From contig CAYUUT010000006.1 in the NCBI GenBank assembly GCA_964448095.1, forward strand, positions 1-53,602: a DNA stretch of 53,602 nt, read 5' to 3'. Source of the stretch: an uncultured Candidatus Saccharibacteria bacterium (GTDB lineage Bacteria > Patescibacteriota > Saccharimonadia > Saccharimonadales > UBA10212). The notes below the pieces were generated by a model. That model did no database searches. It was given only the letters and a program-made list of their open reading frames with translations, and was not told the DNA's origin. This document shows positions 38,862 through 47,883 of this stretch, one piece after another. A program made the position numbers and the translations under genes. Numbering within the stretch: position 1 is the stretch's first letter; every line of letters begins with the position of its first letter.

Positions 38862-39539
38862 TTAGCCCAGAGCTGCTTGTAGTTTGTCGACATCAATGAC
38901 AGTAAATAGATGGTCGGTTTGACCCATTAGTCCTTCTTCGAAAAGTAATTCTAAAGCCCGGCTGGCCGTCTCTCGGGATAGATTGATAGAGTCGGCGATT
39001 TCTTGATGAGTTATAGGCGCATTAATAAGAATTTCTTTACCACGCCTTTCGCCAAACCTCTCAGCTAAACATATTGATTCCGCGATAACTCTTTCGCGGG
39101 CGGATCGATATTCAAGGGTTTGGATCCGCTGCGTGTAAATACTAATGATGTTGACGGTCTGGTTCAGTATCTCTTGAGAAAGCCAGGTGTTCCTACCCAG
39201 CGAGGAACGCAATTTATCTTTACTGGCCCTTAGCATTTTGACGTCGCTCATTGCTTGGTAGAACATGCCGGTGGCGTGAGCTCCGTCTAAAGCCCAAGGT
39301 AGCGGGATGAACTCGCCAGCTTTGTGGATTAACAAAAGGTTGTTCTGACCATTGCGTGAAATTGTGTATGCCTTAACAAATCCGGATTTAATTAGATAGA
39401 CACCTTCTGGCTCCGCGTAGCCTTGGATAATCACTTCGTCTTTGGAAAAGTTCATTAAATGGCCGTCGCTAAAGTGGGCGACTATGCTATCGTCATCGGG
39501 TTTGCGTGTCGGCACGGCTGCCAGTGCTCTTATGGGCAT
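38862..39539 (-). CDS. CRP/FNR-family transcriptional regulator
   Basis: YLIKSGFVKAY, GEFI, HTH ITHQEIADSINLSRETASRAL. ATG 39539 with TACACT-6-ATG is preferred over the ORF-track start at 39770. Confidence 0.9.
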   Translation of the reverse strand: MPIRALAAVPTRKPDDDSIVAHFSDGHLMNFSKDEVIIQGYAEPEGVYLIKSGFVKAYTISRNGQNNLLLIHKAGEFIPLPWALDGAHATGMFYQAMSDVKMLRASKDKLRSSLGRNTWLSQEILNQTVNIISIYTQRIQTLEYRSARERVIAESICLAERFGERRGKEILINAPITHQEIADSINLSRETASRALELLFEEGLMGQTDHLFTVIDVDKLQAALG

Positions 39540-39572
39540 AGCTTTAGTGTATAGGTATTTGCATTTTAAAAA

Positions 39573-39616
39573 CGTGACACTTATCACATTTGATAAATAT
39601 TGTGATGCTTGACACA
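39573..39616. promoter_or_regulatory. Pair of CRP/FNR-type boxes, copy B
   Basis: aaaCGTGA-cactta-TCACAttt and TGTGA-tgcttg-ACACA, 28 bp apart, between the divergent CRP gene and the small ORF. Confidence 0.7.
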
Positions 39617-39759
39617 GACTTTTAAAGAATGGGCTAATGCACTTACGCTTAAGCTTGTCGACAGGATTTGAGGGGTTATTCGAAGGAGAGTCTTGCTTAA
39701 ACTGCCGGGTATTTTTGCAAAGCGTTCTATAAATACAGTGCCTAAAAGAAAGCAGGATT

Positions 39760-39957
39760 ATGTCACACACATCCAGTAGTAAGGGGCGCTACCGAGAATA
39801 TTTAGCCAATTTCAAAGAACCAGAGGATGTCATCCACGATGGAGTCGAGCGCGGTAGAGCCGAGGCGGAACTTGTTGCCGGCTTAATAGAAAATATATAT
39901 TACCAAAGAAGGAAGTTGCGGCACGCAGTCGAGAGGCTGAGGTACTACTCTCTGTAG
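39760..39957 (+). CDS. Small basic protein, 65 aa, paralog of 37336-37530
   Basis: MSHT...YREYLANFKEPED...YYQRRKLRHAVERLR. Confidence 0.7.
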   Translation: MSHTSSSKGRYREYLANFKEPEDVIHDGVERGRAEAELVAGLIENIYYQRRKLRHAVERLRYYSL

Positions 39958-40007
39958 AACAAAACAATCTCGCATCAAAAAAGCACCAGATTTCTCTGAT
40001 GCGTTTT

Positions 40008-40411
40008 TGGTGGAGTTGGAGGGAATTGCACCCTCGTCCGATTGGTAACATGCTTGGTGACTACAGGTTTAGGCTGTTTGAAATTTCTTAAGCTCAACCA
40101 TAAAAACAGTCAAAAAAGGGAAAGCTAAAGTCCATTAATCTTAGTAAGCACGGGCGGACAAACCCGGCAACTTAAGCAATCAGAAAATATAGCGCTTTTC
40201 GTCCTATCTGATGTCAGACGATTAGCGGTAGCCTATAAAATTAGGCTACGTTGAAGGCCAATTGGCGAGGAGCAAACAAGTTTGCAACCGCTTCTTTGAC
40301 ACTTACAGAAAGATTTTTTACATCTATCTTGGTGCACCGGATAACGTTCAGTGCGACCCGACCTGCCACTTCAGCTTGTTAAAGTCCATTCGTCGAATAA
40401 AATTCAACCCC
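40008..40411 (-). ncRNA. ssrA: tmRNA
   Basis: 5' GGGGTTGAATTTTATTCGAC; 3' GGACGAGGGTGCAATTCCCTCCAACTCCACCA; tag ORF 40300-40241 VKEAVANLFAPRQLAFNVA. Confidence 0.92.
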
Positions 40412-40454
40412 ATGCAAATATTATATCATCTTGCTAAAGAATAAGCAATATGGT

Positions 40455-40934
40455 CTAGTCGGTGCCAAAGATTTTTTGGTTGCGGCGGGTTTCGGCGCTG
40501 AATGCGGTTAGCAGACGCTCGGTCATTTTGATAAATTCTTTTACTTCTGTGCTGCTTCCTACCAGTAGCTTGAGAAGTTCTGTCTGTTGGTCAGCCAGCA
40601 GCTTTTCGGCTTGGTCTTTTTTGTGACTGCCCTTGGCGGTAAGTTTAACGTCACGCTGGCGGCCATCTTTTTTATTCTTAGTGATGGTCACTAGGCCATC
40701 ATCTTTCATGACTTGCAGCTGGCGGCTAACGTTGGCTTCGGTTTGGCGCAGCTTGATTGAAACCACGCGTTGGGACTTAGTAGAGTCTTTATCGAGCACT
40801 CCCATGATGCGTGCATGGCTAAGCCCTACCCCAAGTTTGACCATCAAAAGGTCGTCGGCTATCTGTTGTAAAACAAACGACAGTTGGTGCAGGGGAGTGG
40901 GTGAGTGGACGGGAGCTAAGTCATTGTCGGCCAT
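40455..40934 (-). CDS. MarR-family transcriptional regulator
   Basis: SQRVVSIKLRQTEANVSRQLQVMKDDGLV, DGRQRDVKLTAKG; ATG 40934 after TTGACT-18-TACAGT-6. Confidence 0.88.
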   Translation of the reverse strand: MADNDLAPVHSPTPLHQLSFVLQQIADDLLMVKLGVGLSHARIMGVLDKDSTKSQRVVSIKLRQTEANVSRQLQVMKDDGLVTITKNKKDGRQRDVKLTAKGSHKKDQAEKLLADQQTELLKLLVGSSTEVKEFIKMTERLLTAFSAETRRNQKIFGTD

Positions 40935-40955
40935 GATTTTACTGTAGTCCAAAAA

Positions 40956-40973
40956 TACTTAACAAGTCAAGTA
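40956..40973. repeat. 18-bp palindrome, copy 4 (overlaps the marR -35 box)
   Basis: tacttaacaagtcaagta, reverse complement of copy 1; arms aaaaatactt/aagtattttt. Confidence 0.8.
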
Positions 40974-41112
40974 TTTTTTGGGAAAGGGAAGGGCAGTCAA
41001 CGGCTAACGGGCACAACTTAGTTGGCACTATCCTCGGCTATACGGATGTAGATGAAATATTTTACATCCTCCTGCCTGCGGGTGTGCCTACTAAATAGCG
41101 CCCTGCGCCGCC

Positions 41113-41880
41113 TTATATGTGTTTGTAGATTTTATGCCACTGGTCGAGGGTGAGGTTTTGGGCGCGGAGGTCGCCATCGATGCCCGCACGTTTTAGAAGT
41201 TGGTCGGTCTGTTCTTTACTAAGGCCTAAACCGCCGCTTAAGCTGCTGCGCAGTTTCTTGCGGCGCTCGGAAAAGCCGGCTTTGACAACTTGGAAAAATT
41301 TTTGAGTATCAAGTTCTTTAAATATAGGTTTGGGGTGCCTAATTAAAATGACAACCTGTGAGTCGACCTTGGGCGGCGGCGCAAAAAGTTCCTTAGACAC
41401 TCCTATACCTAGTCCAGCCGCGTAATAAAGTTGGACGCTGACACTAAGCAGGCTCATCTGCCCAGGCTGAGCGCAAAGTCGCTCGGCGACTTCTTTTTGC
41501 ACCAGCAACACCATCAAGTGCGGCGGATTGGCGGCCTCCGCCAACCGCCGCAATAGGTTGCTAGTAAGGTAATAAGGAATATTGGCGACAACTTTATAGC
41601 CGATGGGTAGCTCGTCCAGTTCAAATTCCATAATGTCCGCCTGGACGACCGTCAGATTCTTTGCCGAGATTCTTTCAGGCAGTTTGAGCGCCAATTCACT
41701 ATCGAACTCCACAGCGATTACGTGTCGTGCCTGCCTAACCAGATAGCGTGTTAAGCTCCCTAGTCCTGGTCCAATTTCTAATACGGTATCCGTTGGCTTA
41801 ATCTCGGCGTATTCGGTAATCGCCTCTAACGCCTCAACGTTATCCAGCCAGTGCTGACCCAAACTTTTATCGGCTGTCAT
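41113..41880 (-). CDS. rsmA: 16S rRNA m6,2A dimethyltransferase
   Basis: KSLGQHWL, VLEIGPGLGSLT, VANIPYYLT, FAPPPKVDS, RRKKL. Confidence 0.95.
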   Translation of the reverse strand: MTADKSLGQHWLDNVEALEAITEYAEIKPTDTVLEIGPGLGSLTRYLVRQARHVIAVEFDSELALKLPERISAKNLTVVQADIMEFELDELPIGYKVVANIPYYLTSNLLRRLAEAANPPHLMVLLVQKEVAERLCAQPGQMSLLSVSVQLYYAAGLGIGVSKELFAPPPKVDSQVVILIRHPKPIFKELDTQKFFQVVKAGFSERRKKLRSSLSGGLGLSKEQTDQLLKRAGIDGDLRAQNLTLDQWHKIYKHI

Positions 41881-42431
41881 ATTTTCTTAAGCAGTTTAAG
41901 GGAGATAAGGGCGGCAACCAGCTGAACTGCCGACATTAACGCAAAGAGGCTTTTGAAGCCGCCGGTGGCACTGAGTAGAAAACCGCCTACTATCGCGCCG
42001 GTGGCCGCAAAGATACGGTTGCCGCCCTCCCAAAATGACCATTCCTGGGTTTCCCGACCTTTGTCTTCCCATTTGGCGTAGGTACTCCTAAGTGCCGGTA
42101 CAAGCATGCCGGTGCCAATTGAGTTGAACGCCTGTACAGCAAAAAGCTGCCACACGTGGTGAACCAAAATATAAGCGGCGGCACCGACAGCTAGCCAAAA
42201 AAATCCGATCACCACTAGACGTTCTTGGTGCTTTTGGCTATTTTCCCACTTACCGAAGAATAGAATCATCAAGGCTGCGGCATAAGTTCCAAGGCCGGAT
42301 GTCAGACCAACGGTCTTAGCGTCACCGCCAATATTTAGAACAAACAAAGCGTAAAGCGGCGTAAAAAAAGCAAACGCGAAAAGATTTAGGTAGTTTGCAA
42401 ACAACAGATAGCGGACTCTAAAACTCGGCAT
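41877..42431 (-). CDS. Half-size (6-TM) MFS-like transporter
   Basis: Six hydrophobic helices with MFS N-domain pattern; 184 aa. Confidence 0.7.
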   Translation of the reverse strand: MPSFRVRYLLFANYLNLFAFAFFTPLYALFVLNIGGDAKTVGLTSGLGTYAAALMILFFGKWENSQKHQERLVVIGFFWLAVGAAAYILVHHVWQLFAVQAFNSIGTGMLVPALRSTYAKWEDKGRETQEWSFWEGGNRIFAATGAIVGGFLLSATGGFKSLFALMSAVQLVAALISLKLLKKI

Positions 42432-42446
42432 GATGCTTAGATTGTA

Positions 42447-43718
42447 CTACCAATTATGATACGCCGCCCAGTGGTTATAGGCTGAACGCCAGCTGCCATA
42501 GCGCGAGTCTGCGTAGCCCGTGGCCCACTTTAGTTGAGTTATCGGATTGGTCTCCCAGTCACCGCCTTCGGCTGACATTTTGCTGCCGGGTGTAGCCTGG
42601 CCCAAACCATAACCCAGATAATCCGGCACATAGTCTGGCGGCCCGGCTGGGCAGTAGCCTACCTGACCTTGTAGCTTAGTTGGACACCAGCCAGATTCGC
42701 GGCTAACGATGTAATCCACGTACTGATAGTCCGACGCCGAGATGCCGGCGGCAGCCATAACCTTAACTTTGGCGCTATCAATGTCGATAGTTGTACCAAC
42801 GGCTATGATCTGCGGCACCGGGTCTTGGATTACAACTTCTTGAATTAGTTTACGCCCAGGATTAGTCCCAGTTTGATCTGTAACCAAGTAGGTGTCGACT
42901 TTCTTGCCCGGCGCACCGGTCTGGCGTACGGCCGTGGTACCAAAACTTAAGGACGCGTCAGCTTCATCCTGAACCGGAGTGGGAATGGTAGATTCTTCGG
43001 TGACTACCTGCGTGCCCTTGGCCAGAATAAAAATTAACATGTTTGGCGTAATGGCCGTCTTAACAGTCGGTGATACGGTTTCGCCATTTTCTAATTTAAT
43101 GTGCTTTTCTTCCAGCATGCCCTGTACGGTTTTAGCCAGAGTATAGGAAGGTACCTGGGAGCCGTAGAGATTAAGCTGGATTGGCACCGCCCGCGATATG
43201 ATAACCTGTTCGCCAATAATGTTCTGCGATATGTTGCCCTGCGCAAAATTCGCGATGTCTTCGGCGTTGAGCTTTAGGCCGGCGTCAATCGCCACTTGGC
43301 GGGCGCTTTTTTGGGCGGTTAGAGTAACGGTTTTGCTACTGCCGTCTACGACCGTCACCGGCCGCGCCCGATAAATATTAATCCGGAAATTATCGTCAAA
43401 AATTGGTGTATCGCGGCTAGGCTCCACCACGTCCTGCGGTATCAGATGCAGCGGTAATTTATTAACCAAATCGCCAACGGTCGCGGCCTTGGTATCCAAA
43501 GTTTCCCGCCGACCCTCATCGAACAAAAACACCACGTGCGAGCTATCCGGCCGCAGCAGGACCTGGCTATTATTAGTTAGCAGCGCCGCGGCCACGATAA
43601 TTCCACCCAGCAGCAGGCCAAAAATTGGAATTATGTAGGGCCGGCTACGCAAATGGCGTCTGCCGGTTCGCTGGACGCTTTGATATTGCTGGTTAATTTT
43701 TTTACGGAAAAGTTTCAT
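42447..43718 (-). CDS. DUF348 + G5 + lytic-transglycosylase-like protein (YabE/RpfB-like)
   Basis: N-terminal TM, ubiquitin-like repeats, G5 (VRQTGAPG...QDPVPQIIAVGT), catalytic IVSRESGW and GLGQA; upstream of rsmA. Confidence 0.82.
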   Translation of the reverse strand: MKLFRKKINQQYQSVQRTGRRHLRSRPYIIPIFGLLLGGIIVAAALLTNNSQVLLRPDSSHVVFLFDEGRRETLDTKAATVGDLVNKLPLHLIPQDVVEPSRDTPIFDDNFRINIYRARPVTVVDGSSKTVTLTAQKSARQVAIDAGLKLNAEDIANFAQGNISQNIIGEQVIISRAVPIQLNLYGSQVPSYTLAKTVQGMLEEKHIKLENGETVSPTVKTAITPNMLIFILAKGTQVVTEESTIPTPVQDEADASLSFGTTAVRQTGAPGKKVDTYLVTDQTGTNPGRKLIQEVVIQDPVPQIIAVGTTIDIDSAKVKVMAAAGISASDYQYVDYIVSRESGWCPTKLQGQVGYCPAGPPDYVPDYLGYGLGQATPGSKMSAEGGDWETNPITQLKWATGYADSRYGSWRSAYNHWAAYHNW

Positions 43719-43724
43719 TGAAGC

Positions 43725-45857
43725 TTATTCGACTTTGGTTAGTGGCGCGAAGCCAATATCAAGTTTTTTAGTGCCTTTGCCTTTGAAGTAAACGGTGGCG
43801 ATGTCGCCCTCCATGTCCAGCACCGTGCCAAGGCCAAAAACCTGGTGTTTAACACCGTCGCCCTCATTTAAGTCTGGGACGTAGCGCGGCTCCTCTGGTT
43901 GCGAGCTGGAAAATGGTTCTTGCTGCCGACTAACAGGCTGGCTCTCGATATCGGCCAGGAAGCGGCTGGGTGGATTGTGCTGGCGGCCGCCATAAAGCGT
44001 ACGCTCGGTCGCGTACAGCAGATTGAGCTCTTCACGGGCGCGGGTCATTCCTACGTACATCAAGCGACGTTCTTCCTCCATTTCGGTGGCGTCATAAAGC
44101 GCCCGGCTGTGCGGGAATAAGCTTTCTTCCAATCCGGTTATAAAGACTACCGGGAACTCCAGACCTTTGGCGGAATGCAGGGTCATTAAAGTAACTACAT
44201 CGCTGCCGAAATCGGCGTTGTCTAAGTCCGAGACCAGGGCGATTTCTTCCAGAAAAGCGGATAGGCCGGCGTCTTGGTACTGCGCGGCTACACTCGCCAG
44301 TTCTTTGACGTTTTCTATCCGGGCATCGCCCTGGGGCGTGCCGTCCTGCAGAAAGCGCACGTAATCTAGGCGCCGCATAAGGCTGTCTATCAAGCCGCCT
44401 GGAGTTAGTGAGTCCATCTGCGCCTGGAAGCTGGTAATAATATTTGCCAGCTCGGTAAAGCCGGCCCGGGCTTTGGGGCTGAGGTCGGGGTTAGCGCCCA
44501 CGGTCTTTAGGCCGTCATACAGCCCCAGGCCTTGGGCGCTTCGCCAGTCATTAAAAGTCGCCAAAGACTTTGCTCCCAAAGCCCGGGCCGGTACATTAAC
44601 TATTCGTGAAAAACTGGCCTCATCATTAGGCTGATAAATTAAGCGCAGATAGGCCAATATGTCTTTGACTTCTTTGCGTTCGTAAAAACGCACGCCGCCA
44701 ACAATCCGGTAAGGTAGGTTATGATGCACGAAAACTTCTTCCAACGCCCGGCTTTGAGCGTTTGTGCGGTATAGTACAGCAAAATCACGATACCGGCGGC
44801 TGCCAGAGTCTACACCCGCACGCATGCGCCTAACTATCGACTCCGCTTCGGCGCGTTCACTACCAACGGATAAAATTTGCACTGGCAGTCCAGCGGCGGC
44901 CGCCGTCCAGAGTTTTTTGTCACTGCGTTGATGATTTTGGCTAATTACGCCGTGCGCCGCGTCCAGAATATTCTTGGTACTGCGATAATTTTGCTCTAGT
45001 TTGATAACCGTGACTTTGGGATAATCTTTCTCGAAGTTCAAGATATTGCGAAAGTTAGCGCCACGCCAACTATAAATACTCTGCCAGTCATCGCCGACCA
45101 CGGCAATGTTGTGGTGCGAGCCCGTTAAGAGCTTAACTAACTGATACTGCGCGGCGTTGGTATCCTGGTATTCGTCCACCATTACGTACTTAAATTGCTG
45201 CTGCCATTTTTCCCTAACTGCCTTGTCGGCTGACAACATCTGAACTGTTCGGCTAATTAAATCATCGAAGTCCAAGGCTCCGGCATCACGCAGAGCCTTT
45301 TCATAAACCGGGAAGATCTTGGCCGCTGCGTGAAGCGCTGGGCCGTTGGCCATAGCGGCATATTCGGCCGAGCTTATCATTTCATTCTTGGCGCCGCTAA
45401 TCATTGAGCTCAACATCCGGGCCGGATAAGTCTTTTCGTTTACTCCTAGCTGCTTGCTGATTTGTTTAACTGCTGCCGTGCGGTCGCCTTCATCCCAAAT
45501 TACAAAATTACGCGGCACGTCCGCGGTTTCGCCGTCTTGGCGCAGCAGCCGGACGCAAATGCCGTGGAAAGTCCCCATAAAAGGCATGAATCCGCGGTTA
45601 TCGGGATTTTGGCCAACCAACTGGGAAATACGCTGGCGCATCTCGCCGGCGGCCTTGTTGGTAAAAGTCACCGCCAAAATATTAAACGGCGTGGCTTTTT
45701 TACTGGCCAATATATAAGCAATACGATGAGTCAGGGTCTTGGTTTTACCGCTGCCGGCGCCGGCCAAAATTAATAGCGGACCTTCGGTGCTTTGCACCGC
45801 CCGTTTTTGCTCGTCATTAAGCCCCTCTAAGAGTTTGTCCAAAACCTCATTCGCCAT
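43725..45857 (-). CDS. pcrA: UvrD/PcrA superfamily-1 DNA helicase
   Basis: LAGAGSGKT, VDEYQDTN, VGDDWQSIYSWRGA, LEQNYRST, TLHSAKGLEF, EERRLMYVGMTRA. Confidence 0.95.
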   Translation of the reverse strand: MANEVLDKLLEGLNDEQKRAVQSTEGPLLILAGAGSGKTKTLTHRIAYILASKKATPFNILAVTFTNKAAGEMRQRISQLVGQNPDNRGFMPFMGTFHGICVRLLRQDGETADVPRNFVIWDEGDRTAAVKQISKQLGVNEKTYPARMLSSMISGAKNEMISSAEYAAMANGPALHAAAKIFPVYEKALRDAGALDFDDLISRTVQMLSADKAVREKWQQQFKYVMVDEYQDTNAAQYQLVKLLTGSHHNIAVVGDDWQSIYSWRGANFRNILNFEKDYPKVTVIKLEQNYRSTKNILDAAHGVISQNHQRSDKKLWTAAAAGLPVQILSVGSERAEAESIVRRMRAGVDSGSRRYRDFAVLYRTNAQSRALEEVFVHHNLPYRIVGGVRFYERKEVKDILAYLRLIYQPNDEASFSRIVNVPARALGAKSLATFNDWRSAQGLGLYDGLKTVGANPDLSPKARAGFTELANIITSFQAQMDSLTPGGLIDSLMRRLDYVRFLQDGTPQGDARIENVKELASVAAQYQDAGLSAFLEEIALVSDLDNADFGSDVVTLMTLHSAKGLEFPVVFITGLEESLFPHSRALYDATEMEEERRLMYVGMTRAREELNLLYATERTLYGGRQHNPPSRFLADIESQPVSRQQEPFSSSQPEEPRYVPDLNEGDGVKHQVFGLGTVLDMEGDIATVYFKGKGTKKLDIGFAPLTKVE

Positions 45858-45894
45858 GCATTAATTGTAACAGTCCCAGAGGTGTTTTGTCCGC

Positions 45895-47043
45895 TTAGTA
45901 GTGCATGGATTGGAGCATCAGCTTGGCGTCGATATAGTTGCTATCGGCCTTAACAAAAGACTGCGATTTAGCCAGCACCGACTTCCCGTCCGAGCCCAGG
46001 TAATACATACTGATTTTGATGCTGCTGCCGGAAATATTCTTAGTGGCCATGAACTTGGTAGGGTCGGTATTGCTAGTAGAAACATTGGTGAAAGATATTG
46101 TGCTGGTATTCTGCGAGCCAGTTTGGCAAAGATCCATATAAGCTTGCTGACTCAGAAAAGCGATGGGATCGGTTGAATCAACCGTAGCGCCGCCCGCCGG
46201 TAGGCTGTAGTCTTCTAAGCCGGTGTCAACCGTTAGCTGAAAGCCGTTTGTCCCGCGAATAACGATGCTGTCACCCTTATCGTTAACTTTCGCGGTGTTA
46301 TCGGTAATGGTCCAGGCGCCCGGGTACTGAAAGGACAGACCCTCATTTGAAAGTTTGAAAGTTTTCCAATTAGCGTAAGGGTCGGTAGTCACTGGTGTTT
46401 TGGTCGCCGTAGATGCAGAAGCTGGCGTATTCACGGTTTGAACCGTAACCGGAGCGGGTTGCTTGAAAACATGGAACGGCAGTTTAATGGAAGTTTTTAT
46501 TAGGCGCGCGTCAAGGACTAAATAGCTAGCCACTACCAGAAGTAATAGCAGCAATAGTACCCACAGGCCCTTTTTACTACTCTTATCTTTAGTCTGATGG
46601 CGCAGTTGTGGTTCGGTTACTTGATGAGTTGGCTGGTGACTGCTGTGATGTAAATTGGCATGGTGCGGGTGGCCGATTAAGTCGTCCACCGGCGTGAGAT
46701 GCAGTTCGCCGGGTGGCAGCGCCTGCGCAGCCTGCTCAGCTATGGGAGCCGCCGCCGCGGTTGCTGCTATACTCTCCGGGTGTTCCGACGCCACCTTTGG
46801 CGCCGGTGGCGCAGAGTTAGTGACAGGCACTTCGGAAGCCGAATCGTCGTCCGGCGCATTGATGGTTATGGTCTTGTGCTCCGAGGGTCGCGGCAGTTGC
46901 GCAGAGTCATCCTTATCATCCTTGACCATTGGGTCGCTCATCATTGGCTGATGACCAACAATTATTGGCCGCGACGTCGGATTTGGCGCGCTGCGATTAG
47001 GTTTGCTAACATCAAAAACTTGACCTTCATCATCCTTGGGCAT
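45895..47043 (-). CDS. Membrane protein with disordered N-terminus and PsbP-like extracellular domain
   Basis: Pro/His-rich N-terminus, one TM, Thr-rich linker, WKTF...LSFQYPGAW. Confidence 0.6.
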   Translation of the reverse strand: MPKDDEGQVFDVSKPNRSAPNPTSRPIIVGHQPMMSDPMVKDDKDDSAQLPRPSEHKTITINAPDDDSASEVPVTNSAPPAPKVASEHPESIAATAAAAPIAEQAAQALPPGELHLTPVDDLIGHPHHANLHHSSHQPTHQVTEPQLRHQTKDKSSKKGLWVLLLLLLLVVASYLVLDARLIKTSIKLPFHVFKQPAPVTVQTVNTPASASTATKTPVTTDPYANWKTFKLSNEGLSFQYPGAWTITDNTAKVNDKGDSIVIRGTNGFQLTVDTGLEDYSLPAGGATVDSTDPIAFLSQQAYMDLCQTGSQNTSTISFTNVSTSNTDPTKFMATKNISGSSIKISMYYLGSDGKSVLAKSQSFVKADSNYIDAKLMLQSMHY

Positions 47044-47827
47044 CGTCGTCTATGCCTCCAGTATCGCGCTGCCAGCGCCGTGCAGCTTCAACAATGCCGG
47101 CGAACTGGTGGTAGTTTAGACTGGCGCCACCCACCAAAAAACCATCGACACCGGATTCATTCAAAAATCCGCCAACTACGTCTGGTACTACACTGCCGCC
47201 ATATAGCAGCCGAATATTTTTAGCGGCTTTGGGGCCAAAAATGTCGTTTACATAACTGCGGACGTAACCGATAGCTTCTGTTACCTGATTCGGTTTAGCT
47301 ATATCGCCTGTGCCGATAGCCCAAACCGGTTCGTAAGCTACAACCATCTGCCCGACTTCAACGGCAGTTAGCTCGGATAGACCAGTCATCAATTGGTCGT
47401 GTAGAACCTGCTTGGTTTCGCCTTCTTTGCGTTCAGTTTCGGTCTCACCTATACACAGCAGAGGGGTTATTTCATTGCGCACCGAAGCCGCTACTTTATC
47501 CCTTATCATGTCTAAGTCTTCATGGAAAATATGCCGGCGTTCACTGTGACCAATAATTACGTAGTGCACCAGCTCGCGCAGCATGGTGAAGCTTACTTCG
47601 CCGGTAAAGGCGCCTTCGTCACGAAAATAGGCATTTTGGGCAGCCAAACGGAATTTACGCCGATCAATCTGCACGCTCATCGGCTGCAGCGTAAGCATGC
47701 TGGGAGCCAGAACTACCTCTATATTTTGGTAGATTTTGACGCGCTCTTGCAGCCGGTGCACCAGTAAACTGGCCTGCGAGGCATTCAAATGCATTTTCCA
47801 ATTACCGACAATCAGAACCCGGCGCAT
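47030..47827 (-). CDS. tpiA: Triosephosphate isomerase
   Basis: GNWKM, IIGHSERR, AYEPVWAIGTG, LYGGSV, LVGGASL. Confidence 0.97.
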   Translation of the reverse strand: MRRVLIVGNWKMHLNASQASLLVHRLQERVKIYQNIEVVLAPSMLTLQPMSVQIDRRKFRLAAQNAYFRDEGAFTGEVSFTMLRELVHYVIIGHSERRHIFHEDLDMIRDKVAASVRNEITPLLCIGETETERKEGETKQVLHDQLMTGLSELTAVEVGQMVVAYEPVWAIGTGDIAKPNQVTEAIGYVRSYVNDIFGPKAAKNIRLLYGGSVVPDVVGGFLNESGVDGFLVGGASLNYHQFAGIVEAARRWQRDTGGIDDDAQG

Positions 47828-47883
47828 TGCCCACCTTTCTTAGGTTTTATAACGTAAGCGTTATAGGGCTTATTGTACCTGTA

